This document shows positions 1-8,346 of a DNA stretch of 58,378 bases, in pieces (the first letter of the stretch is position 1; every line of letters starts with the position of its first letter). The stretch lies in assembly GCA_036513555.1 (NCBI GenBank), contig DATBYU010000140.1:1-58378 (forward strand), written 5' to 3'. A program made the translations under genes and the position numbers. A model generated the notes under the pieces. That model searched no databases. It was not told the DNA's origin and worked only from the letters and a program-made list of their open reading frames with translations. This DNA comes from Candidatus Dormiibacterota bacterium (GTDB lineage: Bacteria > Chloroflexota > Dormibacteria > CF-121).

Positions 1-780
1 GGGGCGGGGGCGCTGGCCGGCAGTGGATTCCCCATCGATCGCACGGCGCTGGCGCGGGACCTCGGTTTCAAGGCAGCGGCCGCGAATTCGCTCGATGCGG
101 TAGCCGACCGGGACTTCGCACTCGAGCTGCTGGCGGCCTGCAGCATTGCGATGATCCACCTCTCCCGGTTGTGCGGAGAGATCGTGCTCTGGACCACCGT
201 CGAGTTCTCCTTTGCCTCACTGCCTGATGCCCTGGCCAGCGGCAGCTCGATGATGCCGAATAAGAAGAACCCGTGTGCCGCCGAGCTGGTGCGGGCGAAG
301 AGCGGGCGAGTCGCTGGTGACTTGATGAACCTATTGATGGTGCTGAAGGGCTTGCCGCTTGCCTATAACCGCGATCTTCAGGAAGACAAGGAAGCGCTCT
401 TTGATGGCGTCGATACCACCATTGTTTGCCTGGAGGTCGCCACGCGGTTGGCGCTGGGTCTGCAATTCGATCGCGACCGGATGCGCACGGCCGCGCTGTC
501 GGGCTACACCCTGGCGACGGAAGCCGCGGATTACCTTTCGCGCAAGGGAATGCCTTTTCGCGACGCCCACCGGGTGGTCGGCCAGATGGTCGCGAAGGGC
601 ATCGCCACTCACCAGGGCCTCGAGGATTTCTCCCTTAAGGAGCTGCAGCAGTTTTCGCCATTGTTCAGCGCCGATGTCTTTAACGTTCTGACCTTGGAGG
701 GCGCGCTCAAATCGCGCGACGTCCTTGGCGGGACGGCGCCGGCCCAGGTCAAGGAGGCGCTGGCCCGTGTCAAAGCGTAA
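1..780 (+). CDS. argH: argininosuccinate lyase, C-terminal ~260 aa (5' end upstream of window)
   Basis: Frame 1 is open from nt 1 (GAGALAGSGFPIDR...). It carries the fumarate-lyase/ArgH signature SGSSMMPNKKNP and an ArgH-like C-terminus, with stop TAA at 778-780. The ORF track shows it only from the internal ATG at 151. Confidence 0.9.
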   Translation, partial: GAGALAGSGFPIDRTALARDLGFKAAAANSLDAVADRDFALELLAACSIAMIHLSRLCGEIVLWTTVEFSFASLPDALASGSSMMPNKKNPCAAELVRAKSGRVAGDLMNLLMVLKGLPLAYNRDLQEDKEALFDGVDTTIVCLEVATRLALGLQFDRDRMRTAALSGYTLATEAADYLSRKGMPFRDAHRVVGQMVAKGIATHQGLEDFSLKELQQFSPLFSADVFNVLTLEGALKSRDVLGGTAPAQVKEALARVKA

Positions 781-1249
781 GCGGCAGGAGGCGATCCTCT
801 CGCTGATCGCAAAGCACCAGATCGCAACCCAGGAGGAACTGGTCCAACGTCTCGGCCGTGTCGGCATCCACACCACCCAGGCAACCGTATCCCGCGATAT
901 TGCCGAGCTCGGCCTCGTCCGGATCGGCGGACCCGATAGCCACTACGTCAAGCCGAACGACGGGCTTGGGGCGGCCTCGCCCGCGGGTCGAGAGGATCGG
1001 CTCCAGCGCCTGCTTCGTGACCTGCCGCTCACGGTACGGCGAGGTCAGGGGATCGCCATCCTGACCACCACCCCTGGCTCGGCGAATTCGCTCGCCTCGG
1101 CCATCGACGCGGTCGCCTGGCCCGAGCTGATCGGCACGATTGCCGGCGACGACACGATTTTCGCCGCGCTTGCACTCCATCCGCGCGCCTACGAAGGGCT
1201 TGGCCAGCGACTTGCTCAACTCGGCGCCTACGTGCAACCGGAGGACTGA
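767..1249 (+). CDS. argR: arginine repressor ArgR
   Basis: KRKRQEAILSLI..IATQEELV..TTQATVSRDIAELGL winged helix plus a C-terminal GTIAGDDTIF oligomerisation/arginine-binding motif. GTG 767 is preceded by AAGGAGG at 751-757. The track start at 725 is a TTG with no RBS. The gene overlaps the argH stop by 14 nt. Confidence 0.85.
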   Translation: MSKRKRQEAILSLIAKHQIATQEELVQRLGRVGIHTTQATVSRDIAELGLVRIGGPDSHYVKPNDGLGAASPAGREDRLQRLLRDLPLTVRRGQGIAILTTTPGSANSLASAIDAVAWPELIGTIAGDDTIFAALALHPRAYEGLGQRLAQLGAYVQPED

Positions 1250-2604
1250 TGGCAGAAAAGATTGTGCTCGCGTACTCCGGTGGGCTCGACACCACGGTCG
1301 CGGTGAAGTGGCTGATCGAGGAACGTGGCTTTGACGTGATCGCGCTCACGATTGACCTCGGCAGCCAGCCAGACCTGGCGGCAATCCGCCAGCGGGCGCT
1401 AACCGCTGGAGCGTCGCGAGCCTACGTGCTGGACGCCCGCCGCCCGTTCATCGAGCGCTTCTGCTGGCCGGCGTTGCGGGCCGGGGCACTCTATCAGGGT
1501 CAATATCCGCTGGCGACGGCTCTCGGCCGGCCGCTGATCGCGCAATTGTTGGTCGAGGTGGCCGCGCGCGAGGGCGCCAGCTGGGTTGCCCACGGCTCGA
1601 CCGGGAAGGGCAACGACCAGGTTCGCTTCGACGTGGCCGTTGGGGCCCTGGCGCCGAAGCTCAAGGTGCTGGCCCCACTTCGGGACGGCATGTCGATGAC
1701 CCGCGAGCAGGAGATCGCCTACGCCCGCGCTCACCAATTGCCGATTGATGTCAAGCCCGAGTCGCCGTACAGTGTGGATGAGAATCTTTGGGGGCGCTCC
1801 ATCGAGGCCGGGGTCCTGGAAGATGCACTCCTCACACCCCCCGAGGACGCATTTCGATGGACCTCGTCGGTGGACAACGCCCCCGCCAGCCCGTCGCTGC
1901 TCGAGCTGGACTTCGAGAAGGGCGTCCCAACCGCGCTCGCCGGGGACGTATTCCCCTCCCCCTCCGGGGGAGGGCAGGGTGGGGGCATCGCCCTCGTCGC
2001 CGAGCTGAATCGGATCGGTGGCCTTCACGGCGTCGGCCGGATCGACATGATCGAGGACCGCTTCGTGGGGATCAAGTCACGCGAGGTCTACGAAGCGCCG
2101 GCGGCGGTCATCCTACTCGCCGCGCACCGAGCCCTCGAGGACCTGGTGCTTGATGGCGAGACGGCGCGCTTCAAGAGCTCGGTCGCGCAGGAGTACGCGC
2201 GACTCGTCTACCAGGGCAAATGGTTCACGAGTCACCGCCGAGACCTCGACGCCTATGTCCTGAGTACCCAGCAGGCCGTCTCCGGCCGTGTCCGCGTCAG
2301 GCTGCACAAAGGGACCGCGCAGGTGGTCGGGCGGTCGTCGCCGAACTCGTTGTACCGGCCGAAGCTCGCGACCTATTCAGCGGGCGACCAGTTCGATCAC
2401 CAGGCAGCGGTCGGCTTCATCAAGCTGGTCGGTCTGCCGGTGCGGACCCAGGCTGAGGTGCAGGGGATTGCGGAGACCGAGCCTTTACTTGAGGACAATC
2501 GCCATGTTGTTGAAGTCGGCCCAGGAGGCCTCGAACTCAGCCTTGCTGAACCAGTACTGCGAGCCGCTGTGCCAGGGATCGTTGACGCGGACCTGCGTCG
2601 GTGA
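1249..2604 (+). CDS. argG: argininosuccinate synthase with an in-frame repeat-derived insertion and a 3' read-through tail
   Basis: KIVLAYSGGLDTTVAVKWL (N-type ATP-PPase motif), GSTGKGNDQVRF, and GVGRIDMIEDRFVGIKSREVYE. ATG 1249 overlaps the argR TGA (TGATG), with GGAGGA just upstream. The last ~40 codons overlap the convergent gene and have poor third-position GC, so the functional C-terminus is uncertain. Confidence 0.9.
   Translation: MAEKIVLAYSGGLDTTVAVKWLIEERGFDVIALTIDLGSQPDLAAIRQRALTAGASRAYVLDARRPFIERFCWPALRAGALYQGQYPLATALGRPLIAQLLVEVAAREGASWVAHGSTGKGNDQVRFDVAVGALAPKLKVLAPLRDGMSMTREQEIAYARAHQLPIDVKPESPYSVDENLWGRSIEAGVLEDALLTPPEDAFRWTSSVDNAPASPSLLELDFEKGVPTALAGDVFPSPSGGGQGGGIALVAELNRIGGLHGVGRIDMIEDRFVGIKSREVYEAPAAVILLAAHRALEDLVLDGETARFKSSVAQEYARLVYQGKWFTSHRRDLDAYVLSTQQAVSGRVRVRLHKGTAQVVGRSSPNSLYRPKLATYSAGDQFDHQAAVGFIKLVGLPVRTQAEVQGIAETEPLLEDNRHVVEVGPGGLELSLAEPVLRAAVPGIVDADLRR
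1951..1986 (+). repeat. REP/MITE-like G/C hairpin element, copy 1 (inside argG, in frame)
   Basis: ttCCCCTCCCCCtccGGGGGAGGGCAGGGTGGGGGC. It shows the same architecture and orientation as the copies at 38103, 41031 and 48462, and translates as FPSPSGGGQGGG. Confidence 0.8.
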
Positions 2605-3309
2605 CACGCCGCTGAGGGTAACGACGTGCTCGATAAGTGAGTAGCGAATCTTGATCTTCTCGTCGAAAGTCGTCCAGTATCCGACGTACGGATGACCCCA
2701 GCCGGTCTCGGTCCAGGCCATGACCGGATGACCGGCGGCTAGCTCCGCGTAGATCTTTGCCGCCGTCCATCCGCTGGCCGCGCCTTCACCGCCCTCGGCG
2801 TTCGGCACGCCGTGGGTCTGCACCAATGACAGCAGTGGCGGGTAATAAATCCCGTAGCCGGTTGGGATCAGGTCAGCGCCGTCGATGTTGCCGACGAAAT
2901 TCTTATACGGGTTTCCCCATTGCAAGACGGCCTTGTGCCCGCTGACGGTGCCCATCACCGGCGAGCGCGTGTCAGGCGGGGGCTGCATCGCAATCAACTC
3001 GTTCTGCGTGTAGTTATGGCCGAGCGCCGCAAGCGCCATCTGGAGCGCAGCCGTCTCGCAGTCCAGGTTCCGCAACTGCTTGTACACCGGAACATTGAAG
3101 GTCACGACGCCACTGGCCGTGGCGAGCGGCGTGGGGGTCGTCGTCGGCGTGGGAGTAGGACTCGGGGTCGGCGGCGGATTCTCGATAACAAACAACGGGG
3201 ATGGCGTCGGACGCGTGGCCGCGAGGGTGAACCGGGGAGAGGCAACGACGGCAATGGTGCCGGCGACCAGCACCAGGATTGTCAGCACAAAGAGAATGAC
3301 CGTTCGCAT
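2485..3309 (-). CDS. membrane-anchored/secreted C39-like (Peptidase_C39_2 type) cysteine peptidase with a Pro/Thr linker
   Basis: N-terminal TM/signal anchor (VILFVLTILVLVAGTIAVV) and a PT-rich linker (PPPTPSPTPTPTTTPTP). Candidate catalytic Cys in QLRNLDCETAALQMAL and His in IEHVVTLSG..VNDPW. Confidence 0.7.
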   Translation of the reverse strand: MRTVILFVLTILVLVAGTIAVVASPRFTLAATRPTPSPLFVIENPPPTPSPTPTPTTTPTPLATASGVVTFNVPVYKQLRNLDCETAALQMALAALGHNYTQNELIAMQPPPDTRSPVMGTVSGHKAVLQWGNPYKNFVGNIDGADLIPTGYGIYYPPLLSLVQTHGVPNAEGGEGAASGWTAAKIYAELAAGHPVMAWTETGWGHPYVGYWTTFDEKIKIRYSLIEHVVTLSGVSPTQVRVNDPWHSGSQYWFSKAEFEASWADFNNMAIVLK

Positions 3310-3323
3310 TTATCTGGTTTCCC

Positions 3324-3635
3324 TCACCCTGTGCGGGGCGGGTCGGGCTGGGGAGTTACGGGGACGTAGTCCCGCGCTCCAGTTTGGGGATTGTACCTGA
3401 CCTTCATCAGCTGGCCCGTCGTCGGATCGACGAAGCGCTCGGCAGTTTCTTGCCAGGGGCCGTCTGGACTGACGACTGGACGGTAGCGTCCCCGTTCGAA
3501 GAGAAGAGCTGCAATCACGACCGCCCCGTTCACGAACAGGTACACGACAAGCCCGGGAATGATCCCTGCAAGCGCGAGCAGGATGGCGCCAATAACCGCC
3601 AGCACGCCGTACGCGAGGATCGCCTTGCGCAGCAT
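3324..3635 (-). CDS. small membrane protein (2 TM), hypothetical
   Basis: Internal ATG at 3635 (MLRKAILAYGVLAVIGAILLALAG...) lies 2 nt downstream of the upstream YbjQ stop. The longer track ORF (to 3722) would overlap YbjQ. Two hydrophobic helices. Confidence 0.55.
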   Translation of the reverse strand: MLRKAILAYGVLAVIGAILLALAGIIPGLVVYLFVNGAVVIAALLFERGRYRPVVSPDGPWQETAERFVDPTTGQLMKVRYNPQTGARDYVPVTPQPDPPRTG

Positions 3636-3639
3636 CGGA

Positions 3640-3966
3640 TCAGGTCTTGATCGGCTCCACCACGGCCGCGGTGCCGTAGGCGACGATCTCGGACATCGTC
3701 GTCCCGATCTCGGACGAATCATATTGCATCCGGATCACGGCGTTCGCACCCATCGCCGTGGCGTTCGCTACCATGCGATCGACGGCGTGGCGGCGGGCGT
3801 CTTCGAGGAGTTCCGTGTACTCTGTGATCTCGCCGCCGCCGAGCGAGCGAAGGCCGGCCATGATATTCCCGCCCAGCCCTCGGCTGCGCACGACCAGTCC
3901 GAATACCTGCCCCTTCATCTCCACGATCCGATGTCCGGTGACCTCTTCGGTAGTGACGACGATCAT
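3640..3966 (-). CDS. ybjQ: YbjQ/UPF0145 family protein
   Basis: MIVVTTEEVTGHRIVEMKGQVFGLVVRSRGLGGNIMAGLRSLGGGEI..Y..LLEDARRHAVDRM..A.AMGANAV is a typical full-length YbjQ_1 domain (108 aa). Confidence 0.85.
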   Translation of the reverse strand: MIVVTTEEVTGHRIVEMKGQVFGLVVRSRGLGGNIMAGLRSLGGGEITEYTELLEDARRHAVDRMVANATAMGANAVIRMQYDSSEIGTTMSEIVAYGTAAVVEPIKT

Positions 3967-4019
3967 TTGCGCCCTCCTCTCTCGATCGTTACCTCGGAGT
4001 ATGCACTAGCTTGTAGCTC

Positions 4020-5855
4020 ATGACCTCGATCGAGAACCTTGGCGGGATGGCCCTGATCCTGGCGATCTGCGGCTTGCTGTTCGTCGAGGAGCTCGGAGTC
4101 CCGCTGCCCTTCGCGCCGGGCGATATCGTGCTCGCGATCGCTGGCATCGCGGTCGCCGGCGGTCGGGTCAACCCGGTGCTGATGGTCGGCCTGACGCTGG
4201 TTGCCATCATCGTCGGGGCGACGCTAGGTCGCGAGATCACCGCCCTCCTCGGCTGGGACCGCCTGATGAAGGTCGCGCGGCCGCTGCACGCCGAGAAGCC
4301 GCTGGAGCGAGCGGCGCAACTGTTGCGACGAGGTGGCTGGCGGACCGTCTTCACGGCCCGCCTGCTTCCGGGCCTGCGGGTTTACACGACCCAGATGGCC
4401 GGAGTCACCGGCGTACCTCGCTCCACCTTCGTTGGCGGTCTGGTGCCATCGGCGGTGGTCTACGTTGGCGGGTTTGTCGGGCTTGGCGCCGCCTTCGGGC
4501 GTCCCATCCTGGCTCTGATCCACGCCAGCCAGCACCAGGTCCTGCTCGCGGTGCTGGCGGTGGCCGCCGCTATCGCGCTCGTGTTGCTGATCCGCATCGG
4601 CCTACGCCGCACGCTGCTGTCGCTCGAGTCGGGCGGCTGGACCGGGCCGTGGCAACTGCGCCTCGACTCACTCGGGATCATGGTGTTGCCGCTGTGCCTC
4701 GGCATCAATTTCGCCGGCCACGCGCTGGCGGTCGGCCTGAAGCTGCCGCTGTTCCTTGATTCAACGGGCACCATCCTCGGTGGCGTGTTGGCCGGGCCGT
4801 GGGTCGGCGGCAGCCTCGGCGTGCTCTCCAACCTGCTCGCGTCGAACACCTTCGATCCCATTGCTGCCTCCTATGCCATCGTTTCCTTTGCCGTCGGATT
4901 CACCGCCGGCCTGAGCCGGTACCTGAACTGGCAGCGGCGTGCCAGCGGCTGGATCCTGCTCTGGGTGGTCTGCGTGGGTGTGTCGGCGCTCCTCTCGACA
5001 CCCATCAACTTCCTGGTCAACAGTGGTCAGAGCGGTGTGGGGTTCGGGGACTCGATCTACGCCTCCCTGTCCACGCGCCTGCCCCACGCGGTGGCGGCCT
5101 TCATCGGGGAGCTGGCGGTCGACGTGCCCGACAAACTGGTCGCGGTCGCCAGTGCGCTCTGGATCGCGCAGGCTCTCTCACGCCAGCCCCCGGCCAGCGA
5201 AGCGGTCGACCTCGATCTACGGGAACCGTTCACATTCGTCTTTCGCTCGCCGCGCTGGGGCCGGCGCATCCTGGTTGGCGTCGCCTGCTTCGCCTTCTCC
5301 TGGCTGGTCGTCCCCGGCCTGCTGCTCCTCGGTTACCTGGTCGAACTCTCGCGCCGCGTTCGCGACGGGCAGCCCGAGGTTCCGCGATGGGATCACCGCT
5401 GGCGAAAGATCAAGGATGGGTTCGCGGTGACCATCCTGTTCGTTCTGTGGTCGCTCCCGGGGATCGTCATTTCAGCTATCGGCGCGATCCTCGTTGACCC
5501 GAGCATCGAGTTGCGGCTGGGGCCAGTCGGGGACGTCCTTTCCGCGGTGGGCAACGTGTGGCAGGTGATGGTGCTGGTGATCCAAATGCCCGTATGGGCG
5601 CAGTATCTGCAGGGTGGATTCCGCGCGGCGCTCAGCGTTCGCGCCATCGTGCATCGCCTGCGTGTGAATCCGAGCTTGACAGTGGTGGTGGCCGCGCTGA
5701 CGCTGATCCTGCTGGTGGTCGGCGTCCTGGGCCTGATCGCGATCGTGATCGGCGTGGTGGTCTCGCTGACGTATATGAGCTTCGTGTGGGCACACCTGGC
5801 GGGCATCTACGCGCGCCTGACCGATCCCGCACCGCGACAAGTGCAGGCGGCCTAG
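4020..5855 (+). CDS. multi-domain integral membrane protein: DedA (SNARE-associated) + ECF-S-component-like region + DUF4013
   Basis: Residues ~1-190 are DedA-like (LGVPLPFAPGDIVLAIAG ... TARLLPGLRVYTTQMAG). The middle region has LFLDSTGTILGGVLAGPWVGGSLGVLSNLL, an S-component-like motif. The C-terminus has FRSPRWGRRILVG..LLLLGYLVELSRRVRDGQPEVPRWDHRWRKIKDGF, which is DUF4013-like. Confidence 0.65.
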   Translation: MTSIENLGGMALILAICGLLFVEELGVPLPFAPGDIVLAIAGIAVAGGRVNPVLMVGLTLVAIIVGATLGREITALLGWDRLMKVARPLHAEKPLERAAQLLRRGGWRTVFTARLLPGLRVYTTQMAGVTGVPRSTFVGGLVPSAVVYVGGFVGLGAAFGRPILALIHASQHQVLLAVLAVAAAIALVLLIRIGLRRTLLSLESGGWTGPWQLRLDSLGIMVLPLCLGINFAGHALAVGLKLPLFLDSTGTILGGVLAGPWVGGSLGVLSNLLASNTFDPIAASYAIVSFAVGFTAGLSRYLNWQRRASGWILLWVVCVGVSALLSTPINFLVNSGQSGVGFGDSIYASLSTRLPHAVAAFIGELAVDVPDKLVAVASALWIAQALSRQPPASEAVDLDLREPFTFVFRSPRWGRRILVGVACFAFSWLVVPGLLLLGYLVELSRRVRDGQPEVPRWDHRWRKIKDGFAVTILFVLWSLPGIVISAIGAILVDPSIELRLGPVGDVLSAVGNVWQVMVLVIQMPVWAQYLQGGFRAALSVRAIVHRLRVNPSLTVVVAALTLILLVVGVLGLIAIVIGVVVSLTYMSFVWAHLAGIYARLTDPAPRQVQAA

Positions 5856-5865
5856 CCTCGAATAG

Positions 5866-6471
5866 TCAAAGCCATCCCAGGTCTTCGGCGACCCGCGCCG
5901 CCTCGGCCCGATTGCTGACTTCGAGCTTCTGGATCGCCGACGATAGGTAATTGCGCACGGTCCCTTCCGAAAGGAAGAGCGTTTTGGCGATCTCCGCGAT
6001 ACTCGCGCCGTTTTGTCCCGCAACCAGCACCTCGCGCTCGCGCTCAGACAGCGGGCTGATCCCTGAGCTCAGCGCAGCGGCGGCCAATCCGGGATCGATG
6101 ACGCGTTCACCCGCCATTGTCCTTCGGATCGCCAGTGCCAGCTCATGGGCCGGCGCGTCCTTCAGCATGAATCCCGATGCTCCGCCTTCCATGGCGCGCC
6201 GCAGGAACCCAGGGCGCCCGAAGGTGGTCAGGATCAGCGTCCGGCACGAAGGGAGTTCGTTGCGCAGTTGGCCGGCGGCCGTGATGCCGTCGCCGCCGGG
6301 CATCTCGATGTCGAGCAGGGCCACGTCGGGGCTCGTTTGCAACGCAAGGGTGAGGACCTCGTCAGCCCGATCGGTCTCGGCCACGATCTCGATGTCATTC
6401 TCCATCGCTAGCAAAGCCTTGAGCGCACCCCGGACCATGGCTTGATCCTCAGCGATCAGGACGCGGATCAC
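5866..6471 (-). CDS. NarL/LuxR-family response regulator (DesR/LiaR-like)
   Basis: Receiver domain (IRVLIAEDQAMVRGAL..DVALLDIEMPGGDG) plus a LuxR HTH (LSEREREVL...GASIAEIAKTLFLSEGTVRNYLSSAIQKL). 4-nt overlap with the kinase gene. Confidence 0.9.
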   Translation of the reverse strand: MIRVLIAEDQAMVRGALKALLAMENDIEIVAETDRADEVLTLALQTSPDVALLDIEMPGGDGITAAGQLRNELPSCRTLILTTFGRPGFLRRAMEGGASGFMLKDAPAHELALAIRRTMAGERVIDPGLAAAALSSGISPLSEREREVLVAGQNGASIAEIAKTLFLSEGTVRNYLSSAIQKLEVSNRAEAARVAEDLGWL

Positions 6472-7592
6472 GCGCTCACGGTGTCGACAGGTTGGAGCAC
6501 TTCAGGCAGAGGCAGCGTCACCCTGAGCCGAAATCCCTCGTGTGGCAGCGGCTCCGCGGTGAGCGTTCCGCCACGCTGGCGCACGCGCTCCCCGAGTCCG
6601 TGCAGTCCATTGCCTGCCTCCGGCATCCCGCCGCGGCCGTCGTCCACGACCTCAACGGTTGCCTGGCCATCCTTCTTGATGATTCGGACGGCACACCGCC
6701 GCGCCTGGCTGTGGCGCATGACGTTGGTCACGCCCTCGCGGAGCGCCCAGGCAAGGACCGCCTCTACCGTAGGCGGTAACGCAGCATGGTCCTGATCGAC
6801 TTGGAATTCGATCCCCGCTGCAGTCAGGGCCTCCCGGGCGCCGGCAAGTTCGGCATTGAGGGTCGGCTGCCGGTAACCGGCCACCGCATCCCGCACCTCG
6901 CGCAGGGCGTCGCGGGCGACGTTCTCGATGTCGCTGACTTCATGCGCTGCCAGCCCTGGCGTGGTTTTGATCAGCCTCCCGGCTAGCTCGCTCTTCAGGG
7001 CGATCACGGACAGGCTATGGCCGAGCAGATCGTGCAGGTCGCGCGCGAATCGGAGCCGCTCTTCGCCCACCGCTAGCCGGGCGATCTGCTCGCGGGCGAG
7101 CGAGAGCTGCTTGTTGGCCTCGATCAGCAGGCGCCCCGCCACCGCCGCGAAACCCACGACCCCATCGTTCAGCACGGCGCCGATTGGCTCCAGGCCGGGC
7201 AGTCCCCGCTGAATGTCGAGCAGGCCGCCACCGATGGCGACCGCCACCACCAGAGGAACGGCGACCCGCCAGGAGAAGGCCGCGCCTGCCATGACCGCGA
7301 CGCAGATCATCAGCGTTCCGTACTGTGGCGGCGTCATCAAGGTGAACCATCCGAAGAACACCGCCGACAGACTCACCGCAAGCCAGGCGAATCGCTGATC
7401 GGGTCCGCCGACGACGCGCGTCCAGAACCATGCCCATACCAGCCCGCTAGCCAGCAGCGTTCCCAGGGCGACTGCCTTGTCGGCGAAGGCGAAAGGCCTG
7501 GTGAGAATGACGTCGATCGGGTAGACATAAAAACCAAGCCAGGCCACCATAAAGAGGCGGCCCAGCTTGATCACGCGCGCGTTCAGTCCCAT
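6468..7592 (-). CDS. membrane sensor histidine kinase, HisKA_3 (DesK/LiaS-like)
   Basis: Multi-TM N-terminus, H-box RFARDLHDLLGHSLSVIALKSELA, and an HATPase_c C-terminus (REGVTNVMRHS...DDGRG). Confidence 0.9.
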   Translation of the reverse strand: MGLNARVIKLGRLFMVAWLGFYVYPIDVILTRPFAFADKAVALGTLLASGLVWAWFWTRVVGGPDQRFAWLAVSLSAVFFGWFTLMTPPQYGTLMICVAVMAGAAFSWRVAVPLVVAVAIGGGLLDIQRGLPGLEPIGAVLNDGVVGFAAVAGRLLIEANKQLSLAREQIARLAVGEERLRFARDLHDLLGHSLSVIALKSELAGRLIKTTPGLAAHEVSDIENVARDALREVRDAVAGYRQPTLNAELAGAREALTAAGIEFQVDQDHAALPPTVEAVLAWALREGVTNVMRHSQARRCAVRIIKKDGQATVEVVDDGRGGMPEAGNGLHGLGERVRQRGGTLTAEPLPHEGFRLRVTLPLPEVLQPVDTVSA

Positions 7593-7603
7593 CTGGTCCT
7601 AGA

Positions 7604-8335
7604 CTATGCGGTTACTCCCTGCAGGTCGACCGTCCCCAGGAACCGCTGCTCCGCGTTCGCTTTCACGTCAGACAGCACCTTGCCATCCTTGAGCCGGACG
7701 ACCCGATCGGTCTGGGCGGCGATGTCCATATCGTGGGTGACGAGGATAAAGGTCGACCCGAGCTCCCGGTTCATCCGTCGCATCAGGGCGACGAGCTGTT
7801 GGCTTGTCTCACTATCCAGCTCGCCGGTGGGCTCATCGCCGAGAACGATTTCCGGCCGGCTGATCAGCGCTCGGGCGATTGCGACCCGCTGCTGTTCGCC
7901 GCCTGACAGCTGATCGGGCCGGTGATGCATGCGGTCCTTGAGCCCGACCTCCTCCAGCAGCGCCGCCGCTCGTGCCTTGCCGTCCTTGCCGTTCTTGTGG
8001 TACCGCAGCGGCAGCATCACATTCTGGATGGCGTTCAGGCTTGGCAGCAGGTTGAACTCCTGGAAGATGAACCCCAGTTTCTTGCCGCGAAGGTCGGCCC
8101 GGGCTCCATCGCGGAGCTTGCCGGTATCGACGCCGTCGAGGATGACCTGGCCGCTGGTGGGTCGGAGCAGCAGACCAAGCAAATCCAGCGTCGTCGTTTT
8201 GCCGCTGCCCGACCGGCCGACGATGGAGATGAACTCCCCGGATTCGATAGTCAGACTGATCCCGTCGACCGCCTTGACCGTCGTTGAAGCTTGCTTGTAG
8301 TGCTTGGTCAGCTCGCGAAGTTCGATGGTTCCCAT
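7604..8335 (-). CDS. ABC transporter ATP-binding protein (MacB/LolD/FtsE-like)
   Basis: Walker A GRSGSGKTT, signature LSGGEQQRVAIARAL, Walker B IVLGDEPTG. ATG 8335 is preceded by AGGAGG. The track ORF start at 8530 would overlap the permease gene. Confidence 0.9.
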   Translation of the reverse strand: MGTIELRELTKHYKQASTTVKAVDGISLTIESGEFISIVGRSGSGKTTTLDLLGLLLRPTSGQVILDGVDTGKLRDGARADLRGKKLGFIFQEFNLLPSLNAIQNVMLPLRYHKNGKDGKARAAALLEEVGLKDRMHHRPDQLSGGEQQRVAIARALISRPEIVLGDEPTGELDSETSQQLVALMRRMNRELGSTFILVTHDMDIAAQTDRVVRLKDGKVLSDVKANAEQRFLGTVDLQGVTA

Positions 8336-8346
8336 GTGGTTGCCTC

